Source: Christensenella sp. UBA5893 (GTDB lineage: Bacteria > Bacillota > Clostridia > Christensenellales > UBA1242). Taken from it: a DNA stretch of 40,000 nucleotides. Where the stretch lies: assembly GCA_002431905.1 (NCBI GenBank), contig DJER01000033.1, positions 122,238 through 162,237 on the forward strand, in the 5' to 3' direction. How positions within the stretch are numbered: the stretch's first letter is position 1; the number at the start of each line of letters is the position of its first letter. Both the position numbers and the translations under genes were made by a program. Below the pieces are notes generated by a model. It did no database searches. It worked only from the letters and a program-made list of their open reading frames with translations, and was not told the DNA's origin. This document shows positions 17,041 through 26,345 of this stretch, piece by piece.

Positions 17041-17888
17041 TGAAAAAGTTTAAGTTACATCCACTTTTTGTTTTATACCTAATATTTTTGTTGGTTTTGG
17101 GGAATTATGAGAGTTTGTTCGTGTATATGCTTGTTGTGACATTGCATGAACTTGCACATAGTTTTGTGGCACAAAAACTAGGTTACAAACTTGACAAAAT
17201 GGTGCTTATGCCATATGGTGTTTGCCTAAATTACAAAGTGAATAATTTTTGCGATAATGACGAAATTTTGATAGCAATTGCGGGCCCACTATCTAATACC
17301 GTTCTTGCAATTTGCACTATTGCAAGTTGGTGGCTTTTCCCAAGCATAATGCCGGCAACTTACTTATTTTGTCTTTCAAATGTTGTGATGTTTTTATATA
17401 ATTTATTACCATGCTATCCGCTTGATGGCGGACGAATTTTGAGTGCAATTCTTTCCAAAAAATACGATAAAAAATGGTCGATAAAATTATGTTTATTTTT
17501 TAATATTTGTTTTTCTTTTATGTTGATTTTAACCTTTATAATTGGGTTGTTTTTTAGGGTAATAAACACAAATTTATTGATTATTTCAATATTTTTAATT
17601 GTTGGAATAATTGAACCAAATAGATATTCTTCATACAATTTTTTATCATACAAAATAATCGATGAATGCTGTATAAATAAAGAGAAGGCGGTTAAATTTA
17701 CATTGATAAATTCAAACATAAAAATATATAAATTAATTGCAAAATTAAACAAAAATAAATTCAATATTTTTTATGTTATGATGCCAAATGGCAAAATAAA
17801 AACAATGAGTGAAATTATGCTAAAAAAATTTGCAATAAGATATAATGCAAGCATAAGTTTGAGTCAAATTCCAGAAATGTATTTATAA
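17040..17888 (+). CDS. spoIVFB: M50 site-2 metalloprotease, SpoIVFB-like
   Basis: HELAH zinc motif inside a TM helix, NLLPCYPLDGGRIL (NxxPxxxLDG), about 282 aa. It lies downstream of minD, as spoIVFB does in B. subtilis. Confidence 0.72.
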   Translation: MKKFKLHPLFVLYLIFLLVLGNYESLFVYMLVVTLHELAHSFVAQKLGYKLDKMVLMPYGVCLNYKVNNFCDNDEILIAIAGPLSNTVLAICTIASWWLFPSIMPATYLFCLSNVVMFLYNLLPCYPLDGGRILSAILSKKYDKKWSIKLCLFFNICFSFMLILTFIIGLFFRVINTNLLIISIFLIVGIIEPNRYSSYNFLSYKIIDECCINKEKAVKFTLINSNIKIYKLIAKLNKNKFNIFYVMMPNGKIKTMSEIMLKKFAIRYNASISLSQIPEMYL

Positions 17889-17912
17889 AAAATTATTGCA
17901 CAAAATAATTTT

Positions 17913-18419
17913 ATGAAACAAACATTAAAATATATTTATGAAAGGCTTTTTGAAGACCTAAAATATGCAGAAACAAAACATAGCATAACAATGACAATTG
18001 CATCAGCAGTTATTGCCTTTGCAAGTACATTTTTTAGCAATAATTATGTTCTAAACATTCTGTCAAGTGCCTGTATTATGCTTGCACTGATTTCAATAAT
18101 CTATAGTTTTATCGCTTTGCTTTCAAGAAATGTTCACGTTTCCAACAAAGAAAAAGCTGTAGCAAAAAATAACTTAATGCTGTACAAAACTATAAAAGAA
18201 TATAGCGACATAAGTTATTGTAAAAAGTTAAGAACAAGTTACCAGTTGCCAAAAGATTACAAAATTGATGAAATGGATTTAGACCTTGCTCGCCAAGTAA
18301 TAACAACTGCAAAACTTGTAAACCTTAAATTTTCATATTTCAACTTTTCACTTGTTTTTTTGTTTTTGAGTATACTTTGTGGAATTGTTGTTGTTTGTAT
18401 AAGGGGAAACATAATATGA
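17913..18419 (+). CDS. small 3-TM protein, Pycsar-effector (DUF5706)/SLATT-like layout
   Basis: N-terminal LKYAETKHS, then TM1 (ITMTIASAVIAFASTFF) and TM2 (VLNILSSACIMLALISIIYSFIALL), a soluble ~70-aa helical stretch (LARQVITTAKLVNLKFSYF), and TM3. The family call rests on recalled motif order only. Confidence 0.4.
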   Translation: MKQTLKYIYERLFEDLKYAETKHSITMTIASAVIAFASTFFSNNYVLNILSSACIMLALISIIYSFIALLSRNVHVSNKEKAVAKNNLMLYKTIKEYSDISYCKKLRTSYQLPKDYKIDEMDLDLARQVITTAKLVNLKFSYFNFSLVFLFLSILCGIVVVCIRGNII

Positions 18420-18769
18420 CAGAAGACTTAAGATTTTGGCTTGAACAAATTGTAGAAGATGACCCAATACCGTATGAAGTAAAACATATAATATTTAGTT
18501 ACATTTTTGATGGTGCAATAACCTTGTGTATGGGTGGAACAGAACAAAAGCCAACCATAAATAATATGTTTGACTATTTCCCACTTGAAGCACAATTTTT
18601 TGATTGTAAAAAACTCAAAAAGATTAAGGACGAAGCATATTTTTGCCGTTTGCTAAAATTTTCACTAAATGAGTGCTTTTGTAGTGAATATTTGAAAAAT
18701 CAGTTCAAAAGCAAAAAAATATATATCTATAATGGCACAAATATGCCAAAATATCTATTTTGTTTGTAA
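18416..18769 (+). CDS. hypothetical cytosolic 117-aa protein, translationally coupled to the upstream TM protein
   Basis: ATG 18416 overlaps stop TGA 18417-18419 (ATGA); AAGGGGA RBS at 18401-18407; no TM segment and no motif I recognise. Confidence 0.6.
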   Translation: MTEDLRFWLEQIVEDDPIPYEVKHIIFSYIFDGAITLCMGGTEQKPTINNMFDYFPLEAQFFDCKKLKKIKDEAYFCRLLKFSLNECFCSEYLKNQFKSKKIYIYNGTNMPKYLFCL

Positions 18770-18776
18770 AAACCTT

Positions 18777-18804
18777 TTGATTTTTCCTTTTGTTTTGATA
18801 AAAT
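18777..18804 (+). promoter_or_regulatory. candidate extended -10 promoter for the DUF4132 gene
   Basis: TTGATT (18777-18782), 16 nt, TG-a-TAAAAT (18796-18804); AAGAGAG RBS; ATG 18823. Confidence 0.35.
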
Positions 18805-18822
18805 ATATCAAAGAGAGTAAAA

Positions 18823-20955
18823 ATGGAAGTTTTAAGAAGTTATACACAATTAGTAAATCAAACAAAAAAAGTATTAGATTATGACATAAGCGAAACCCCA
18901 GTTTTGGACAAAATGTGTCAAGAAGATTTGGAAGATATTGCATCAAGAAGCAAAATGTGTGAAGACATAAAAGAAGTGTCACACCTAAGCGAACTGGTTT
19001 TCCAATTAAACAATTTTAGTTTTGCACTTGTAAATTACACAACAATCTTTTTGGCAATGGAAAAATATGATGAAGTAAAAGAGTTTATTTCCAAAATGTA
19101 TGCCTCCCATGTTGACACACAAAACTATGTCAGCAAATTGAAAGAGTACAATGTGGAAGAAAGATTGTTTGACAGGTTTATTGAAACTGTTATGCTTGGC
19201 AAAATAGAAAGCAAACTATATTTGCCACTTGTTCTAAAATCAATTTTTGATAACAAATCAAAATTATATGTTTGGCACGATATTGCAATGGAATATATGC
19301 AAACATATATGAGAGAAAATAATGACTTGCAAGACATATTCTCACAAAATGAAACTTTGGAACTTGAATACTTGTCTTTGCTTCTTGAATTTAACACACA
19401 AAAGGCAATAAGCATTTTGTTTAATGACCTTGCAAGAGAAAAAATCAGTGAAGAGCATGCTGAACAGTTTTTGAAAGCGTACATAAATGACACATTGGCA
19501 TACTTTGACAAAAACTTGCCAACTGATGACGAAAAGCGTTTTCACTATATCAAGGTTTTGTCGGCAATAAAAAATAACTCAAACATCGAAACAAGACTTG
19601 AAACAATTTACGAAACTGAAAAGAATGAAGAGATAAAGTCATTTTTGGCACAACGCCTTGGAATAACTGAAACATTGAATTTTGGCACATATAAGCATTT
19701 CAAAATTCTTGCACAAAAAAAGGTGACAGACATTCAAGAACGTTCACTTGGTGTTGCATTTGAAAATATGCCACTTGAATTTATTGATGAAACTTTTGCA
19801 AACAATCAGGAAAAAACATATCTCATAAACATATTCAAAGAAGAAAATAACTTGCTTAATTTGGTTAGTTTAAATTCACTTTATCAAATTTTCAAAAAAG
19901 ATAGCCTAAATAGTTTTGCTGAAAAGCTATTTGACAAACTGTCAAATAAAGACGATATAAATTCTGCAAAATGGTGTGTAAGAATGTTCTCGCTATTTTG
20001 TGAAGATATGTTTGAACGCAAAGTTTATGAATTTTTGTACACACTCTATAGACTAAACAGAAAAAAAGAAGCAGTATATCTCACAAAATGCTTAATATAT
20101 AGCAAAAAACCAAAGTTCTTGGAAATGATTACAAGATTACAAACATTTGACTTGTTTATGGCTCATTACAATGATTTTGTAAAGGTCTATGCTCAAGTAA
20201 TGAATAAATCTTGTGAAGAGATAAAAGACCTATCTTTGCCATATAACATAAGTGAAGAAAGAGTGCAGGAAGAAAAATCAAGGCTATACCAAAACTTTAT
20301 TAGTGGGCGAAAGTACTCAAAACAAATATTCAAGTCACTATTTATTGACCATCCAGTATTTAATGAATTTGCACAAAGGTTGGTTTTTGGCGAGTATAAA
20401 CAAAACAAACTATATTCAGTTTTCTTGGTAAATGGCAAAGAAACTGAGTATATATACGGCAACAACTTAGGTAATGCAGGTAATGACGTGTATATCTCAA
20501 TTGTCCATTCGCTTGATCTTGATGATAGATTTGAAAAAGTTGATTTAAGACTAAGTAATCCACTTTTTGAACAATTCAGCATAAGCAAATTTGATGTAAA
20601 AAACTTTAATAGGGCAAACTTATCCGTTTCAAATTTCTATGGAACAATTGTTGAAGGTGAAAAATTTGTTAATAACCTAAAAGCAAAGGGATTTTATCCA
20701 AATCTTAATGATTGCGAAGTGTTGTTTGATAGTTTTATAGGCAAAAATGAAATTCTTAATCTTTTGGTAGAAATTGAACTTCAAAAACCAGTATCTGTCA
20801 TCTCTCCAACAATGGTTCTTGGCAATATTCGTTTTTATAGGCTAAACGACGTTATGATGGATAAACAAAAGTACATAACAAACAAATCTCAAAGCTTAAG
20901 CTTGGCAGGAATAAACGATAGATATTTTGATTACGTTATGAGTGCAATAAGATAA
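18823..20955 (+). CDS. DUF4132-domain protein (MolR/YehI-type C-terminal domain) with a helical-repeat N-terminal region
   Basis: C-terminal FIDHPVFNEFAQRLVFGEY...VYISIVHSLDLDDRF...LSNPLFEQFSISKF follows the DUF4132 pattern (hP..l..RLVWG ... v.l.HPl.L ... QPF.QL). No P-loop seen. Confidence 0.65.
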   Translation: MEVLRSYTQLVNQTKKVLDYDISETPVLDKMCQEDLEDIASRSKMCEDIKEVSHLSELVFQLNNFSFALVNYTTIFLAMEKYDEVKEFISKMYASHVDTQNYVSKLKEYNVEERLFDRFIETVMLGKIESKLYLPLVLKSIFDNKSKLYVWHDIAMEYMQTYMRENNDLQDIFSQNETLELEYLSLLLEFNTQKAISILFNDLAREKISEEHAEQFLKAYINDTLAYFDKNLPTDDEKRFHYIKVLSAIKNNSNIETRLETIYETEKNEEIKSFLAQRLGITETLNFGTYKHFKILAQKKVTDIQERSLGVAFENMPLEFIDETFANNQEKTYLINIFKEENNLLNLVSLNSLYQIFKKDSLNSFAEKLFDKLSNKDDINSAKWCVRMFSLFCEDMFERKVYEFLYTLYRLNRKKEAVYLTKCLIYSKKPKFLEMITRLQTFDLFMAHYNDFVKVYAQVMNKSCEEIKDLSLPYNISEERVQEEKSRLYQNFISGRKYSKQIFKSLFIDHPVFNEFAQRLVFGEYKQNKLYSVFLVNGKETEYIYGNNLGNAGNDVYISIVHSLDLDDRFEKVDLRLSNPLFEQFSISKFDVKNFNRANLSVSNFYGTIVEGEKFVNNLKAKGFYPNLNDCEVLFDSFIGKNEILNLLVEIELQKPVSVISPTMVLGNIRFYRLNDVMMDKQKYITNKSQSLSLAGINDRYFDYVMSAIR

Positions 20956-20982
20956 ATTGACCAAAATTTTTATAATAAAAAT

Positions 20983-21010
20983 GCATAGTAGAAAATACTA
21001 TGTATTTTTT
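20983..21010 (+). terminator. rho-independent terminator after the DUF4132 gene
   Basis: GCATAGTA (20983-20990) / TACTATGT (20996-21003), 5-nt loop GAAAA, then ATTTTTT. Confidence 0.7.
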
Positions 21011-21101
21011 ATTAACATACACTTGATTTTTTTATAAAAATTTGCAATAATATTCTTGCTATGTTGTAGCAATTTTTTTGCTATGTAGTTTGAGGGATAA
21101 A

Positions 21102-22139
21102 ATGAAAATTGTAATTGACGCTTTTGGTGGAGATAATGCTCCAAATTGTAATATTGACGGGGCTTTGCTCGCACTTGAAAAATTTAAAGATATAACAATT
21201 GTATTGGTTGGCGATGTTGACAAAATGAATCCAATTCTTGCAACAAAAAAATATGACAAAACAAGATTGGAACTTGTTGATGCAAAGGATATAATCACAA
21301 ATGACGATGTCCCAACTGTTGCAATAAGAACAAAAAAAGAATCATCACTTGTAAAAGCACTAGACTATCTAAAAACAAATGAAGACTACCTTGGTCTTGT
21401 AAGTGCCGGTTCAACAGGTGCAGTGCTTACTGGTGGCTTTTTGAAAATCGGTAGAATGAAAGGTGTTTCACGTCCAGCACTTGCACCACTTTTACCAACA
21501 AAAACAGGTGGACAGGTTGTACTTATTGACTGTGGAGCAAATGTTGATTGCAAACCAATTAACTTATGCCATTTTGCACTTATGGGTTCGGAATATTTTA
21601 AGGCAATGTTTGGTGTCCAAAACCCAAGAGTTGCACTCCTTAGCAACGGAGTTGAAGACAAAAAGGGTAACGAACTTGTAAAAGAAACTTTCCCAATGTT
21701 AAAACAACTTCCAATAAACTTTGTTGGTAATATGGAAGCAAGAGATGCCTTGACTGGCGATTATGATGTTATTGTTACTGATGGATTTGCTGGAAATGTG
21801 CTTTTAAAAAGCGTAGAAGGAACTGCCAAGTTTACAACAGGTATGATAAAAGAAGCAATGATGTCAAGTTTTTGGGGCAAAATTGGTGGACTTCTTGCCA
21901 AAAACTCGCTCAAAAAAGTAAAAAGCAAGCTAGACTATAACAAATATGGCGGTTCAAATTTTGTTGGATGCAAAAAAACAATAATAAAATCTCATGGTTC
22001 AAGTATTGGTGTAACAATATGTGCCGCAGTTGAACAAATTGTCAAACTTGAACAAAATAAGGTTAATGAAAGAATAGAAAAGGCAATAGAAAATATACCT
22101 GAATTTAATGAAGAAAAAGTTGAGGCAAAGAATGATTAG
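21102..22139 (+). CDS. plsX: phosphate acyltransferase PlsX
   Basis: MKIVIDAFGGDNAP N-terminus, GSTGA, TDGFAGNV motifs. GAGGGA RBS before ATG 21102 (Met9 of the track ORF). Confidence 0.9.
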   Translation: MKIVIDAFGGDNAPNCNIDGALLALEKFKDITIVLVGDVDKMNPILATKKYDKTRLELVDAKDIITNDDVPTVAIRTKKESSLVKALDYLKTNEDYLGLVSAGSTGAVLTGGFLKIGRMKGVSRPALAPLLPTKTGGQVVLIDCGANVDCKPINLCHFALMGSEYFKAMFGVQNPRVALLSNGVEDKKGNELVKETFPMLKQLPINFVGNMEARDALTGDYDVIVTDGFAGNVLLKSVEGTAKFTTGMIKEAMMSSFWGKIGGLLAKNSLKKVKSKLDYNKYGGSNFVGCKKTIIKSHGSSIGVTICAAVEQIVKLEQNKVNERIEKAIENIPEFNEEKVEAKND

Positions 22140-22758
22140 TATTGGTGGTTACACTTTTCGTGATGAACAAAACATCACAAAAGCACTAACACACAGTTCT
22201 TATAGTGCTGACAACTATGAACGCTTGGAGTATTTGGGCGATAGCATACTAGACTTTTTGGTTGGAAAACATTTTTTTGTTGATAAAACACTAAATGAAG
22301 GTATGCTAACCAAACTTCGTGCACATTATGTCAGTGAAGAGAATTTGAGCAAGGTTTTTGACAAACTTAATGTAGAAAACTATGTCAAACTTGGCAAGAG
22401 TTGCAAAGTGCTTACAAAATCAATAAAATGTGATATGTTTGAAGCAATTACTGCAAGTGTATATTTGGATTCAAACATAGATAGATGTGAGCAATTTATT
22501 GAAGAAAATATTTATATTCAAAAGGTAGAAGATATTGAAATTATTGACAATAAATCTCTTCTTCAAGAAATTGCTCAAAAGCATGGACAAAAAGTTGAAT
22601 ATGTTTTGCTTGAAAAATTAGGGCAATCACACAATCCAACATTTGTTGTTGAAGCAAAGCTTGGGGGACTTACTGCAAGGGCAGAAAGCTCAAGTAAACA
22701 AGATGCCGAACAAAAGTCGGCAAAAATTATACTAGACCAACTAGGAGAAAATCAATGA
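22132..22758 (+). CDS. rnc: ribonuclease III
   Basis: ALTHSSY...NYERLEYLGDSILDF signature and a C-terminal dsRBD (HNPTFVVEAKLGG...SSSKQDAEQKSA). Start at Met9 of the track ORF, overlapping plsX by 8 nt. Confidence 0.85.
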   Translation: MISIGGYTFRDEQNITKALTHSSYSADNYERLEYLGDSILDFLVGKHFFVDKTLNEGMLTKLRAHYVSEENLSKVFDKLNVENYVKLGKSCKVLTKSIKCDMFEAITASVYLDSNIDRCEQFIEENIYIQKVEDIEIIDNKSLLQEIAQKHGQKVEYVLLEKLGQSHNPTFVVEAKLGGLTARAESSSKQDAEQKSAKIILDQLGENQ

Positions 22759-25700
22759 ATTTTAAGGAAATAGAACTATCGGGGTTCAAGTCGTTTGCAG
22801 ACAAAACAGATATTAAGTTTGATTCTGGTATCACTGCAATTGTTGGGCCAAATGGTTGCGGAAAAAGTAATGTTAGTGATGCCATTCGTTGGGTGCTTGG
22901 TGAACAAAGTAGCAAACTGCTTCGTGGTTCAAGTATGCAAGATGTCATTTTTAATGGAACTGAAAAGCGTAAAAGTTTGTCATATTGTGAAGTTACATTA
23001 ATTTTTGATAACTCTGACAGATATTTTAACTATGATAATGATGAAATCGCCATAACAAGAAAACTTTATAGAAGTGGCGAAAGTGCATATCTTATCAATC
23101 GTACACCAGTAAGACTTAAAGATATTTACAACCTTTTGTATGATAGTGGAATTGGTCGTGATGGCTATTCTATTATTGGACAAGGTAAGGTTGAAGAAAT
23201 TATTTCTTCAAAACCAGAAAACAGAAGAACAATTTTTGAAGATGCTGCTGGCATTGCCAAGTTTAAGTCAAGAAAAGTTGATGCTGAAAGAAAGTTGGAG
23301 AGAACAAGAGATAATCTAACTCGTGCAAATGATATTATAAGCGAACTTGAAAGACAAATGGGACCACTTAAAAAACAAGCCGAAAATGCAAAAAAATGGT
23401 TGGAACTACGCAATCGTTTGCAGGACTTGGAAGTAAATGCTTATGTTTATAGGTATAACAATGCAAATAGTGTAAAAGCCCAAATTAACACAAAATTGCA
23501 AGCAATTGGCGAAGAAATCAATAACAGACAAAGTGAACTTGACAAAACAACAAATGATTATGACGACTCTATGAAGCAGGTAAGCAGTATTGATGAAGAT
23601 ATTGCTTTAACTCACGACAGCATTCTTAATTTGTCAGTTGAACTTGAAAAACAATCAGGTGAAGCAAACGTAATTCGTGAAAGAATTGCAAATATGAATG
23701 ACACAAAATCAAAGATTACAGTAGATTTGTTAAATGCCAAAAACACAGTCGAAAAAGATAATGCAGAACTTGGCTTCAAAAAACAAAAATATGATGAAGT
23801 TGTGTCAAAATTGCATACATTAAACCTTTCATATGATGAAGTTAGTAATGATTATTTAAAAATTGTTGATGAACTAAGTTTGCATGAAGACCAAACGCAA
23901 GATAGCCAACAAAAAATGTTTGATGCACTAGATAAATTGACTGATATAAAAGCAAATTTCAGTAAATATCAAGCAGAAAGAGATATGCTTCGCACAAATC
24001 TTGCTGAAATGGAACAAAAATTAGGCAATCTTAACAAAACAGTGCAAGAAAAACAAACATCAAAAGACGAACTTGAAACTTTGGTTAAAAAACTAAAACA
24101 AGACAAACAAAGTGCCGAAACAGCACTTGCAAATGCAAAACTAAAACAAGATAGTTTGACAAATGAAATAAAAGAGGCACAAGAAGATAGATATCGTACA
24201 AACTCAAAAATCCAAGTCTATGAAAATAGAAAAAATATGCTTGAAGAAATGCAAAAAGAGTATGATGGTTATCAATATGCAGTAAAAAAATTGCTTAAAG
24301 AAAGCGAAAGGAATGCCAATGTAAAATCAAAAATGGTTGGCGTTTTAGCATCTTTAATCAATGTGCCAGAAAAATATGAAACTGCAATAGAAATTGCACT
24401 TGGTAATGCTGTTCAAAATATTGTTACTTTTGATGAGCAAAATGCAAAAGAACTTATCAATTATCTAAAGGTAAACGATTTTGGTCGTGCAACTTTCTTA
24501 CCAATAAACAAAATTAGACCAAGGGGAATTGCCTCTGAAGACGCAAAAGCACTAACTTTTGCCGGTTGTTTTGGTCTTGCAAGTGATTTAATATCTTATC
24601 CAAGTAACATAAAAGATGTTATATCAAACTTGCTTGGTGCAACGATTGTTGTAGATAATCTTGACACAGCAATTGCAATTTCAAACAAAACAAAATTAAG
24701 TTACAAAATTGTCACTCTTGATGGCGATGTGATAAACCCACAAGGCTCAATGACAGGTGGTTCAAAAAAGAAAGATGCCGCAAACTTAATTAGTCGTGAC
24801 AGAGAAATTCAAACCTTGTCAAAGGAACTTGAAAATCTAAAAAATAACTTGACTTCGCTTACAACCAAAATCACAAATCTTCAAAAAGAATATGATGCAA
24901 CAAAGTTCGCTATCAATCAACTTTTTGATGATAGAAATACTGCTGATATTAACTATGCAAAGGAAAATGAGCGTTTGACATCTTTTGTAAACTCATTAAA
25001 TGAAGCAAAAGCTGAACAAGAAACAATGAATAATCAATACAATAGCACAAAAATTCGTATTGATAACATAACAAAAGAACTTGAGAGTATTGATGAACTT
25101 GAAAACACTGCAATGCAAAATAAAACAAGTGCAAACAAGTTTATTGCAGAACGTCAAGAAAAATTTGCAAAATTGAAGGAACAAAGAGATAACATAAATG
25201 ACACTCTAACAAAGATTAAGGTTGAAATCGCATCACTTGAAGCTCAAAAATCATCTTTTGAAGCAGATTTTGAAAGACTTAATGAAGAAATAAATGTAAA
25301 TACCCTAAAAGCCAATTCTTTTGAAACCGATGTTGAAAAAATTGACAAAACAATAAAAGAAGCCGAAGGAATAATAAGACAACAAATAGAAACAGAAGCA
25401 AACCAAGAAGCAAAAGCAAAACTTGCAAGCTTAAGAAAGAGTTTGGCAGAGTATGAACAAGAAAAACAAACCTTGCAAGATAAAATCAAAAAACTTAATG
25501 ACGCAAAAATGCAAATTATGGATGCTCTTACAAAGTTGAATGATAGAAAGAATGCAAGTGAAAACCAACTTGAAAAAGTTGACACCGAAATTGAACAAAT
25601 GCAAGAACGTATATATGAAGAATATTCTCTTACATATGCAACTTGCCAAGAATTTGTTAGGGCAGATTTCAATATTGATGAAGCAATGCCAGAAATTAGC

Positions 25701-26345
25701 GATATTAAGAAAGAAATATCAAAATTAGGTTATGTAAATGTTCATGCAATTGACGATGTAAAACTTCTTATGGAAAGATATGATGGACTTAAAGTTCAAA
25801 CTGATGACCTAACAAAAGCCGAAGAAAACTTGACAAAGGTAATAGAAGAACTTTCAACCGAAATGATGTCAAGATTTGAAACTGAATTTAACAAAATAAA
25901 TGAAAACTTTAAAGTGACTTTCAGGGAATTGTTTGGTGGTGGTAATGCACGTTTGGAACTTACTGACCCAAATAACTTGCTAGAAAGTGGTGTTGATATT
26001 GTTGCCGAACCACCAGGCAAAAAACTTCAAAACATAACACTTTTGTCAGGTGGCGAAAAGGCATTAACAGCCATTGCAATTTTGTTCGCAATCTTAAAGT
26101 TAAAACCAATGCCTTTCTGCTTACTAGATGAAATTGAAGCGGCACTTGATGACTCAAATGTTGGCAGATTTGCTGAATATTTAAGAAGATTCTCAAAGGT
26201 AACACAATTCATTGTAATTACTCACCGTAAACCAACAATGGAACTTGCAGATTGCTTGTATGGTGTTACAATGGAAGAAAAGGGTGTAAGTAAAATGGTA
26301 AGCGTAAAACTTGCCGATGCACTCAAAAATGTGGAGGTAAAATAA
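22755..26345 (+). CDS. smc: chromosome segregation protein SMC
   Basis: FKSFADKT...IVGPNGCGKSNV Walker A, long coiled coils, hinge (GVLASLINV...), LSGGEKALTAIA signature, LLDEIEAALD Walker B. 1196 aa. Confidence 0.95.
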   Translation: MNFKEIELSGFKSFADKTDIKFDSGITAIVGPNGCGKSNVSDAIRWVLGEQSSKLLRGSSMQDVIFNGTEKRKSLSYCEVTLIFDNSDRYFNYDNDEIAITRKLYRSGESAYLINRTPVRLKDIYNLLYDSGIGRDGYSIIGQGKVEEIISSKPENRRTIFEDAAGIAKFKSRKVDAERKLERTRDNLTRANDIISELERQMGPLKKQAENAKKWLELRNRLQDLEVNAYVYRYNNANSVKAQINTKLQAIGEEINNRQSELDKTTNDYDDSMKQVSSIDEDIALTHDSILNLSVELEKQSGEANVIRERIANMNDTKSKITVDLLNAKNTVEKDNAELGFKKQKYDEVVSKLHTLNLSYDEVSNDYLKIVDELSLHEDQTQDSQQKMFDALDKLTDIKANFSKYQAERDMLRTNLAEMEQKLGNLNKTVQEKQTSKDELETLVKKLKQDKQSAETALANAKLKQDSLTNEIKEAQEDRYRTNSKIQVYENRKNMLEEMQKEYDGYQYAVKKLLKESERNANVKSKMVGVLASLINVPEKYETAIEIALGNAVQNIVTFDEQNAKELINYLKVNDFGRATFLPINKIRPRGIASEDAKALTFAGCFGLASDLISYPSNIKDVISNLLGATIVVDNLDTAIAISNKTKLSYKIVTLDGDVINPQGSMTGGSKKKDAANLISRDREIQTLSKELENLKNNLTSLTTKITNLQKEYDATKFAINQLFDDRNTADINYAKENERLTSFVNSLNEAKAEQETMNNQYNSTKIRIDNITKELESIDELENTAMQNKTSANKFIAERQEKFAKLKEQRDNINDTLTKIKVEIASLEAQKSSFEADFERLNEEINVNTLKANSFETDVEKIDKTIKEAEGIIRQQIETEANQEAKAKLASLRKSLAEYEQEKQTLQDKIKKLNDAKMQIMDALTKLNDRKNASENQLEKVDTEIEQMQERIYEEYSLTYATCQEFVRADFNIDEAMPEISDIKKEISKLGYVNVHAIDDVKLLMERYDGLKVQTDDLTKAEENLTKVIEELSTEMMSRFETEFNKINENFKVTFRELFGGGNARLELTDPNNLLESGVDIVAEPPGKKLQNITLLSGGEKALTAIAILFAILKLKPMPFCLLDEIEAALDDSNVGRFAEYLRRFSKVTQFIVITHRKPTMELADCLYGVTMEEKGVSKMVSVKLADALKNVEVK

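Noticed and set aside
21056-21088. Direct repeat TTGCTATGT(T)GTAG x2 upstream of plsX, considered as a FapR-type operator
   Set aside because: It is short and imperfect, no fapR gene is present upstream of plsX, and I cannot match it to a known operator consensus from memory. It is left as unexplained low-confidence noise.
25244-25672. 142-aa minus-strand ORF inside smc, and similar antisense ORFs at 16154-16573 (minD), 26491-26907 (ftsY), 19125-19511, 20193-20588, 33869-34282, 36773-37156 and elsewhere
   Set aside because: All are fully nested antisense to strongly supported genes. Their products are low-complexity S/F/L/I-rich, which is typical of shadow ORFs in AT-rich DNA. None has a credible RBS.
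22755-26345. SMC considered as part of a Wadjet/Lamassu-like defence system
   Set aside because: It is full-length canonical SMC in the conserved plsX-rnc-smc-ftsY housekeeping context, and no JetABCD or LmuA-type partners are present.
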